Source of the DNA: Octopus sinensis
Lineage: Eukaryota
Direction: 5' to 3'
NCBI RefSeq assembly: GCF_006345805.1
Contig: NC_043001.1
Coordinates: 73,098,001-73,162,000 of the forward strand
Length of the DNA stretch: 64,000 nt
The notes under the pieces were generated by a model. It worked only from the letters and a program-made list of their open reading frames with translations, did not search any database and had not been told where the DNA came from. The position numbers and the translations under genes are program-made. How positions within the stretch are numbered: the stretch's first letter is position 1; every line of letters starts with the position of its first letter. Shown piece by piece: positions 54,960-64,000 of this stretch.

Positions 54960-55810
54960 CTTTGCAGATGATTGCCATCTGCCCATGTATCTCCATCAAC
55001 CATCATCAGCTCCAAACATCTATCCATGACCTCTTAGATGGCTTTTAAGTCCAACATTAGATTTGCACAGTCTGCAGCAAACGTCACAGACAAAAGATGT
55101 GCCCTCTATTGGTTTTATTGGGTCAACTTGTGGGATGTAATCCTTATGTACCCTCATATACCTTTTAAAACCAGGTATTGATTTGTAGATCTTTTTGAAC
55201 ACCACACATCTTGGAGGGATAGAGCTGCATACAGTTGGCTTTTTATGTGATTTTAAATGAGTGATGCACTCAGATTTAGAGAGCAGTAAATGACCACACA
55301 AATCCAGCTCACTATGTTCTTATTGATGTTCATACTGTGGCCTTTTCAAAGCTGGTGTTTAAGTTTTTCATGATCAAGACGTCTCTCTTCAAACATTCTG
55401 CAAGCCTTTCTTCACATATCTTCTCCATTTACTCCTCTTTAAAGGAAGCACTTCCCAGTTCTGATCTTCAAACTGAAGATCTTTAAGGGTGTTTTTATGC
55501 AATCTTTATATCTTTTTCTTGGTTCATGGTGAGGGCATTTCCCAGTATGCAATTGACTGTAGAATAGTTGTTTCGGGAGTCTTTCCTCATTCATGTGCAC
55601 AACATGGCCTACCCAACACATTTGAAAGGATATGATGATAGATTCAATGCTCATGCAGCCAGCATCTATAAGGATTTGAGTGTCAGGTATTTTCTGTTTC
55701 CATTTGATGCTTAGGATTCTTCTGAAACGCTTTTGCTTAAAGTGTTCAAGCAAATTAAAGAACTTATGATGTACTGTCCATGTTTCTGAAGAGTACAGCA
55801 GAGCCACTTA
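54960..55810 (-). pseudogene. 5'-truncated RTE/BovB-type LINE ORF2 C-terminus with C2H2 zinc fingers
   Basis: LLYSSETWT...RRILSIKW...QMCWVGHVVHMNEERLPKQLFYSQL..G..PRKRYKD (55439-55807), then CDVCCRLCKSNVGLKSHLRGH (CxxC-x12-HxxxH) and two upstream finger-like repeats (55020-55301). Confidence 0.88.
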
Positions 55811-56004
55811 GAATGCAGGCCTTGTACATTGGTCTTGATATTGATGCTATTAACTGCCCACACTCTCTTTTCCAGTTTTCCAAAGGCGACGGAGGCCTTC
55901 TAAATATGCAGGTGTATTTCTGCACCCAATGAACCATCCCTTGATAATGTACTACATACATATGTACGTATATATGTATGTATGTGTATATATATATATA
56001 TATA

Positions 56005-56170
56005 TTATATGATGGGCTTCTTTCAGTTACCATCTACTAAATCCTCTGACAAGACTTTGGTTGGCTTGAGGCTATAGTAGAAGACACTTGCCCAAGGTGC
56101 CAGGCTGTGAGACTGAACCTGGAATCATGTGGCTGGGAAGCAAGCATATTACTACACAGCCATACCTGCA
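56005..56170 (-). mobile_element. OK-like SINE fragment
   Basis: GATGGGCTTCTTTCAGTTACCATCTAC...GACTGAACCTGGAATCATGTGGCTGGGAAGCAAGC. Confidence 0.7.
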
Positions 56171-56528
56171 CCTTCAAGCTACACCTGCACCTATATATAT
56201 GTATGTGTATTTTAATGTACACATTCTCAAATTTTCATTCACACTACAAGACCCTTTCGAATGAACACAGAATCCACAGCTCCATACTTTGAAATAACCA
56301 AACATGGACTACTACTGGTACTAAATACCATGTACAGGAAACTTTTTTATCACTTCTATTCACCACTTTCCTTAAATAATGGAACTGCAACTACAATATC
56401 TCTATATATTTTATATTTCATTTTTGCTTTCATTCTTATTTCCCTCTATATTCCCTATCTCTTCCTTTTCCTTAATAATTCCTTATTTCGAACTCAAATA
56501 TTTATCTTTATTTAACCATCTCGCATCA

Positions 56529-56574
56529 TCTCTGATGAAGGGATATGCATAATATCCCAGAAACAGCTGTAAGA
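56529..56574 (+). ncRNA. Solitary minimal hammerhead (PLE-LTR-like), sense to SIK3
   Basis: TCT CTGATGA A GGGATAT-GCATA-ATATCCC A GAAA CAGCTG TA AGA: intact core, 7-bp stem II offset by an A-A mismatch, palindromic helix III ACAGCUGU, 3-bp stem I. Confidence 0.65.
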
Positions 56575-57087
56575 CTGTATCTATATCTTTTTCCTTATAA
56601 ATGTCCTGAAAACTACTCACAGCCCTGGCTTTGTTATCTCATTTTGTCTAATATACATACATATACATACACACACACACACACGCACACATCTTTTCTT
56701 TTATCTTTTACTTGTTTCAGTCATTAGACTGTGACCATGCTAGGGCACCACCTCGAAAAAATTTTAGTCAAATGAATATTTTTTTAAGCCTGGTACTTAT
56801 TCTATTCAGTTCATTTTGCTGAACTGCTAAGTTATGGAGATGTAAACAAACCAGCACCAGCTGTCAAGTGGTGGTGGGTGACAAAAAAGTTAAAACAAAG
56901 CAAACATGAGGACATAGCACAAACAGTGTATTAACATGACGCTCAGGGAAAGAAGAATGTTGTTTTACATTTCAAACATAGCTCTTCATTGGAAACGGGA
57001 AAAACAGCAAAGTCCAAAAGGAAAGAAAGAAAAATATGTGTGTGGTCGATGCCAGTGCTGCCTGAATACCTCCCATGCTGGTGGGCA

Positions 57088-57320
57088 AGGCAGCGAGCTG
57101 GCAGAAACGTTAGCACGCCGGGCGAAATGCTTAGCGGTATTTCGTCTGCGTTACATTCTGAGTTCAAATTCCGCCGAGGTCGACTTTGCCTTTCATCCTT
57201 TCGGGGTCAATAAATTAAGTACCAGTTACGCACTGGGGTCGATGTAATCGACTTAATACCTATGTCTGTCCTTGTTTGTCCTCTCTGTGTTTAGCCCCTT
57301 GTGGGTAATAAAGAAATAGG
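57088..57320 (+). mobile_element. Young OR-like tRNA-derived SINE
   Basis: GGCAGCGAGCTGGCAGAAACGTTAGCACGCCGGGCGAAATG...GAGTTCAAATTCCGCCGAGGTCGAC...; retains many CpGs, unlike the other copies. Confidence 0.75.
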
Positions 57321-57329
57321 TATGTAAAA

Positions 57330-57555
57330 AGCACCATTCGAGTATGACTGATACCAGTGCTACGTGACTGGCTCCCATGCCAGTGGCACAAATACTATGT
57401 TTTTGGAGTAGTTAGCATTAGGAAGGGCATCCAGCTGTAGTAACCTTGCCATATCAGATTGGAGCCTGATGCAGCCTCCAGCTTGCCAGTCCTCAGTCAA
57501 ACCGTCCAACCCATGCCAACATGGAAAGCGGACATTAAATGACGATGATGATGAT
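57330..57555 (+). mobile_element. RTE-tail repeat with (GAT)n end
   Basis: TTAGGAAGGGCATCCAGCTGTAG...AACCGTCCAACCCATGCCAACATGGAAAGCGGACATTAAATGACGATGATG. Confidence 0.65.
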
Positions 57556-59749
57556 CACACACACACACACACACATATATATACATACACACACACACAC
57601 ACACATATGTGTGTGTATGTGTAGTGTCACAGCTGGATGTTGTAGTGTTGTGTCAACTAGACCTGTGTTTTAACACTGACACACATGTTTTACTCATCCA
57701 TACATGATTCAAAGAGCATGAATAAATAGAACAGTCCTAATCTACCATACCTGTGATCAAAATCTGTTCCATCTGTGACCACTCCACTTTTTTTTTTTTT
57801 AAGATATTGGTGGAGTTTTGGTTATTTCTAGTTAGTCGAGTGATCACATAGGAGCTCCCTTATTTGCAGGAGGGAGGATGTAGTTGTCATAAAGGTGATG
57901 GGGATGGTGGTGGTAATGTTGATGGTTGCAGTGGTGTTGATGATGGAGAATAAAGATGGTGTTTATTAGCTTTTATTTTTTAGTTTTCTTTTTCTCTTTA
58001 TCCTATGTTTGTGAATAATACTGTTGGCTCTAGATTTTTAACAAGCCAATAAACTGGTTCACTGCATTGTTTCTAATTAATGTTAAATGTGTTTCATATT
58101 TTCAAATAACAAATGTCTCCAAATGTAGAATAAGGATTAAGAATGTGAGAGACAGTGACCCACTAGGAATTGAACACACTTCCCCTGGTTCACACCTTAA
58201 TACAATACAATGGGTTAATCACTTTATCATGCACATTATAATGTTTATGCCCCTGCAGTCAATGACATTCTATGTGTACCCCAACATTACATTATCAACC
58301 ACAGTCTATAGACTTATTAACCATAGTCTATTGATATCAGTGAAGGTAGCATGGCTCAATGGTTAGAACATTGGGCTCACAACCATGACATAGTGAATTC
58401 AATTCACAGACCAAGCTGTGCATTGTGTTCTTGAGCAATACACTTTATTTCATGTTGCTCCAGTTCACTCAGCTGTAGAAATGAGTTGTGATGTCATGGT
58501 GCCAAGTTGTATCAGTCTTTGCTTTACCTTGGATTACATCAATGGCATGGAGTGGGGAGGGTGGTATGTATGGGTGACTCCTGGTCTTCCATAAACAACC
58601 TTGTCCAGACTTGTGCCTTAGAAGGGAACTTTCTAGGTACAATCTCATGGTCATTCATGACCGAAGGGGTCTGTACCCTTTACCCTATAGATATTATCAT
58701 CATCATCATCATTTTACATCTATTCATACTGGCATGGGTGGGCTGGATGGTTTGACAACCCTTAATGTCTCAGTTTTGGCTTGATTTCTTTGATTGGATA
58801 CCTCTCCTTGTAGCACCAGCACTAAATAGGTTGCTTTGCCCTCAAATAGATTAAAAACTTCTCTCAACTCTGCCCAACTAAAGATTTCCTTTCAACCCTA
58901 CTCAATCACTGCTCATAGTCACCTTTCTAACAAAGTGAGGTGAGAGAGGTCCCTGACAAGTTCAACAGAGAATTCAGTATCAATTTTCAGTCAACATCAA
59001 TACACCTTCAATTATAATTAGGGAACTGCCTAACTCCCCAGACACAATGCATGTAAAATACAGGAACTTTGTGTTTAATTTAAGCAACTTAATTATAGTA
59101 GGTTAATCAGATATGAATTCTTAAATGTTAACCTAGGTTTGTTAGGCGTCTTAAGAAACTGGTTATTACATTTCTAAAATAATTTAGTTTTACCTTTCTT
59201 TTCTTTACCAATATAATCATGGAACTAAAATTGCAATTAATTAATTACTTAATTACCATATACCATTACTAATTAAAATTCATCATTATTAATTACAACA
59301 TACTACCACTATTTAAATACAACCTATTACTACTACTACATGTCCCGTTGTTTTGTGCCCAGAATAAGCAATATTTTGCAGCTTTTCATATTAGAACATG
59401 GTAACATTGTTCCTCAGACAATTGTTTTCTTGTGGTTCTATGTCAAAGCACTTATGATGCTATAGTTTCTATTTTGTTAAAGTTCATGGTGTCTCTCAGC
59501 ATCTGCTTCCCAAAGACATTGCTTGTGTACTTGATATAGTGTATATATCATCATATTCTCCAGCTGTGTTGCATGCAGATTGTCCTATGAAATTACACAT
59601 TCTTTATACAGGACAAATTGTTCGTTCATAAAATGAGTTTCTTAAAACTTGGTAATCATTCAGCTGTTTTTCTGAAATGGTGGACTAGAAGAAACTGAGG
59701 TGGACAGATAGTGCCTGGAGTCTAAGTTGTTAATGTAATGGTTGTGAGA

Positions 59750-60230
59750 GAATGAGATAAACGCTGTGACAGACAGATAGACACACAGAAAGAGAGACTG
59801 ACAGACAAATAGATAGAAACATACATAGATTGACAGACAGATAGATGTAGATCTATTGGTCTATACCTACCAGAATCTGGCAAACAAATAGACAAACTGA
59901 GAGACAGTTTGATGGTTGTGCTGGGTGAGAAAAATCAAGGTAAAAGCTGGGATGGATAAAAAGAGAGAGAGAGACAAATGTTGATAAACAGAGAGATAGA
60001 TATAGATCAAAACAGACACATAGATAGGCTGACAGATACACAAATAGAAAGACAGATAGATAGGTAGGTAACTAGAGAGATGGATAGACCAGATACGCAG
60101 ATAGACTGGTAGGCAGGTCTGTATTTAGTTAACTACATAGTATTGCAGAAAGACAGGCAGGTAGATACGTACATAGGCTGATAAACAGAGACACAGATAA
60201 ACAGACAGGTAGCTCTTGAAAAATAAGCAT
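59750..60230. repeat. Degenerate (GATA/GACA)n tract
   Basis: Direct reading. Confidence 0.7.
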
Positions 60231-60334
60231 TTTCAGTGTTACAGTAGGTTAACTAACTGCTTTTAATGATTGTATTGAGAAATATATATGTATAGTTGTG
60301 TGTGTGTGGGTGTGAGTTTGCATGTAAGTATATG

Positions 60335-60371
<37 letters not shown>

Positions 60372-60639
60372 ATACACATGTGCACATACACACACACAGA
60401 CATATTTGTATATATGTCTGTGTGTGTGTACACCTATATACATATGCAGAAATCTAATGAGACACGCAAACAGAATGGTGATACATATTTTGGTCCTAAT
60501 GTCTTTAATGATAGTGTTGAGAAATGTATGTGTGTACATACGTTCATATATATAGAGAGAGGAAGAGAGAGAGGTTGCAAACCAAACCAGAATGTTGCAG
60601 GCTGACAGATTTCACAAAAATTACAATCATCATTATATT

Positions 60640-61940
60640 AAGGCAGTGAGCTTGCAGAATCATTAGCTCATTGGACAAAATGCTGATTGGCATTTCTTCC
60701 AGCTTCATTTTCTAAGTCCAAGTCCTACCAAAGTCAACTTTACCTTTTATCCCTTCAGAGACAATAGAATAAGTGCCAGTTAAGCACTGAGATCAATGTA
60801 GTCAGCTTCCCCTCACATGCACGCACGCACACAAACACACACAAATTTACTGGCATTGTGCCAAAATATGAGACAATTAACTTACACCTTCCCCTCAGAA
60901 TTTCTGGTGTTGTAATATAATTATTATTATTATTGTTGTTGTTGTTGTTGTCATCATCATCATCATCAATAATTTGGCAAACTGGCAGAATCATTAGCAT
61001 GCTGGGGAAAATGCTTAGCAGCATTTCATCTATCTTTACATTCATCCTTTCAGGGTCGATAAAATAAATACCAGTTGAACACCAGGTATCAATGTAATCG
61101 ACTTACCCCACCACCAAACCTGCTGGCCTTGTGCCAAAATTTGAAACCATTATTATTATTATTATTACTTAAGGCAGTGAACTGACAGAATTGTTAGCAT
61201 ATCAGGCAAAATACTTAGAGGCATTTTGTCCATCTTTACGTTCTGAGTTAAAACTCTGCCTAGGTCAACTTTACCTTTCATCCTTTCAGGGTCAGTAAAT
61301 TAAGTACCAGTTGAATACTGGGGTTGATGTAATCAACTTAACCTCCTCCCCAAAAGTTCAGGCCTTGTACCTATTGTAGAAAGGATTATTATTATTATTT
61401 AATTATAAGGTAGTGATCTGGCAGAATCCTTAGCACATCAGAAAATATGTTTGCAGCATTTGTTTCTGCTCTTTATATTCTCAGTTCAAATCTGGCCATG
61501 GTCAACTTTTGCTTTTCATCCCACTGGAGTTGATAAAATCAAATACTGGTCAAGTTCTGGGGTCAGTGCATTCAATTGATCCCTTCTCTTCAAAACTACT
61601 GGTCTTGTACCAAAATCAGAAATTATCATTATTATTTAATTAATATATGTAATTATTTAATTATAAAACACCATCATTAATGACAATAAATCATACGATA
61701 TATATCAGTTTTATTTAATCATGGTAAGGTAGCAAACTGGCAGATATGTTAGTAAGCTTGGCAAAATACTTAGCAGCATTTCATTCATCTCAATGTTCTG
61801 AGTTCAAATACTGCCATGGTTGACTTAGCCTTTCATCCTTTTGAGGTCAATAAGATAAGTATAAGTTGAATGCTGGGGTCAATATAATCAACTTACCCCT
61901 CCTCCAAAATTGTTGGGATTGTGCCAAAATTTGAAACCAG
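60640..61940 (+). mobile_element. Head-to-tail cluster of five diverged OR-like SINEs
   Basis: Copies at about 60640, 60975, 61169, 61405 and 61722, mostly separated by (ATT)n-type tails. Confidence 0.75.
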
Positions 61941-61944
61941 ATGT

Positions 61945-62085
61945 AGCTGTGTGATTAAGAATGTGGACTTGAATTCAATCGCACTGTGTGTCACCATTGG
62001 CAAGTATCTTCTGCTTATAGCCCAGGCTGACCAAAGCTTTGTGAGTGAATTTGGTAGACATGAACTAGAAAAACACCCCATCATA
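61945..62085 (+). mobile_element. OK-like SINE fragment
   Basis: GCTGTGTGATTAAGAATG...GGCAAGTATCTTCTGC...GTGAGTGAATTTGGTAGAC. Confidence 0.6.
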
Positions 62086-62087
62086 TA

Positions 62088-62251
62088 CAAGGGGTTGCTG
62101 AAAGTCCCTATCTTTGAGTAAATGAAAATACACAATTATTGCAGTAGTCCTTTATGTTTTTCTAAGCCCTGTAAAAGAACTCGAAAGGGTGGGCCTCCAT
62201 CCAGACCTTTCATGATACCCTTAAAACCAGGAACTTTTCAGCGCCCCCTCA
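62088..62251. mobile_element. mariner-derived MITE, copy 1
   Basis: TA|CAAGGGGTTGCTGAAAGTCCCT...CCAGGAACTTTTCAGCGCCCCCTCA|TA. Confidence 0.7.
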
Positions 62252-62259
62252 TATGTGTC

Positions 62260-62325
<66 letters not shown>

Positions 62326-62372
62326 GTGTTTGTGTGTGTATGTATGTATATCTGTGTATATACACACACACA

Positions 62373-62577
62373 CAAGGGGGTGCTGAAAAGCTCCTGGCTT
62401 TGGATAAAAGAGAATACAGGTGTATCAGTAAATTATGTAAATTCACACACTTATTGCAGCAGTCCTTTGTTTTTTGGGGGTTTTTTTCTAAGTTCTGTAA
62501 AAGAACTCAGAAGTTTAGGCCTCCAAACAGGCTTTTCACAATACCCTTCAAGCCAGGAACTTTTCAGCACCCCTTCA
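62373..62577. mobile_element. mariner-derived MITE, copy 2
   Basis: CAAGGGGGTGCTGAAAAGCTCCTGGCTT...AAGCCAGGAACTTTTCAGCACCCCTTCA|TA; interior similar to copy 1. Confidence 0.7.
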
Positions 62578-63889
62578 TATATGTGTGTGTTCCTATCTTG
62601 ACATCATGTGGAGCTATAAGTCAGAATCATTGTCATAGAAGCAACATTGTTTTCTTCCAATGTTTCATGGAAAACGTATCTGGCCATGGGGAAATATTAC
62701 TTTAGTTGGAAACAGGTGAGGATTGACAACAGGAAAGATATCCAGCCGTAGAAAAATTTGCCTCAGTGAATTCCATTTCACCTATGCAAGTATAGAAAAG
62801 TGGATGCTAAAACGGTGATGTCAATGATGATTATAATGATGATAATTGTCATCATGATCATTATTTAATTACAATATGCCATGATATTATTGTCATTGTA
62901 CATAATGAGTTTAACATGGAATTGAGGCTTCTATATCTTGCCTTTTTCTGTCTTCAGACATTTGGTATTTACCATAAATTCTTAACACACTACGACACAC
63001 ACACACAGATGTCTGTATACCATTTTTCATTTTTATTGTCTGAGTGTTTGTTTATTACCTCCATTACTCCCATACAACAAATAACCTGCTCCCTATATAA
63101 ACACATCCGTTAAATGTATAAACTCAGACTAGTCTTACAAGCAAGATTCAGTTCAAAAGTAGCTATTTTTTTTTCTAATTGTTCTCAAGAGACATGAAAG
63201 AGCTTTATAGTGAGGCAATTGTCTTGCTGCTCAAGAGTGTGAGCATGTGTATGTGTGTGAGAAAGCATCTGTGTGTGTGTGTTATTGTGTGCACTGTTTA
63301 CAGTTCCTTCATTGTTGTATCTGAAGAATCTCTTTCAGTCTATGGCTCCCCTGGCTTGTAGCACCACACACACACAGTAGTACTAGTGAGACTCCATATG
63401 TGGATCATATGTGGTGGTTGTTGGATGACAACAAACAACACACACACACACAACACAACAGTGTGCAGTGAATAGACTGAAATACAGAAATACTATCAGA
63501 TGCTAAACTCTTTTATTAGATAAGGGTATAAGGGTATTAGTGAAGTGTGTGGGGAGAGGAGGACTGGATTTACTTAGATCAGAGAATGGTGGGGGCGCCA
63601 GTGGAGTGACACATTCATAACTGAGTACTTATGTGTATACGTGTGTACACATTATATATATAAAGACAGACAGATAAATAAACTTGCATGCACATATATG
63701 GTTTCAATTCCTGGATGTTGTGGTGCATTGTGCTTCAACTCGCATTGCTCTAGTCTAATCACCTGAAAGTGAGTACCAGCCCGGTGCTGGTGCTCTCTTA
63801 CCCTCCAACTATCATATCTTGGATGTTCCACTGGGTCAAACGTGAGAGGGCTGAGATGGTGTCTATGCCAGCTACATAGGTACATGAGA

Positions 63890-64000
63890 CAATGTGAAAA
63901 TATGGTTCCAGGTTCAGTCCCACTGCATAGCACCTTGGACAAGTGTCTAATAGCCTCAGGCCAACCAAAGCCTTGTGAGTGCATTTGATTGATGGAAACT
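63890..64000 (+). mobile_element. OK-like SINE fragment running off the window
   Basis: GGTTCCAGGTTCAGTCCCACTGCATAGCACCTTGGACAAGTGTC...GATGGAAACT. Confidence 0.7.

Noticed and set aside
59340-59660. Possible PLE GIY-YIG remnant on the minus strand (FIGQS..., TMNFNKIETIA)
   Set aside because: Too decayed to support without a profile search.

Overview
AT-rich eukaryotic genomic DNA. The SINE, MITE and microsatellite content suggests an octopod cephalopod (inference). The window lies inside one + strand gene, a salt-inducible kinase (SIK3/QSK-like). Only two small kinase-domain exons are present (161-277 and 51418-51481), joined by a 51.1-kb intron, and the next intron runs off the window. The rest is repeat-rich intron: tRNA-derived SINEs, RTE LINE tails, one RTE fragment with C2H2 fingers, a dead mariner, Tc1/mariner and piggyBac MITEs, Helitron pieces, Penelope-like (PLE) relics and long (TA)n tracts. 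The main observation is two unrelated non-coding arrays, with ~550-bp units (10777-13286) and 362-bp units (21909-23264). Every complete unit carries a type I hammerhead ribozyme with a palindromic helix III; one ~550-bp copy is damaged. Both arrays sit in (TA)n tracts and share a divergent tandem/fold-back layout with a 3-nt microhomology junction. This fits retrozyme-like circular RNAs reverse-transcribed by rolling circle and twin priming, probably by PLE machinery (inference). Four more degenerate hammerheads are scattered in the window. Exon, ribozyme and TIR coordinates were counted by hand; SINE and microsatellite boundaries are approximate.
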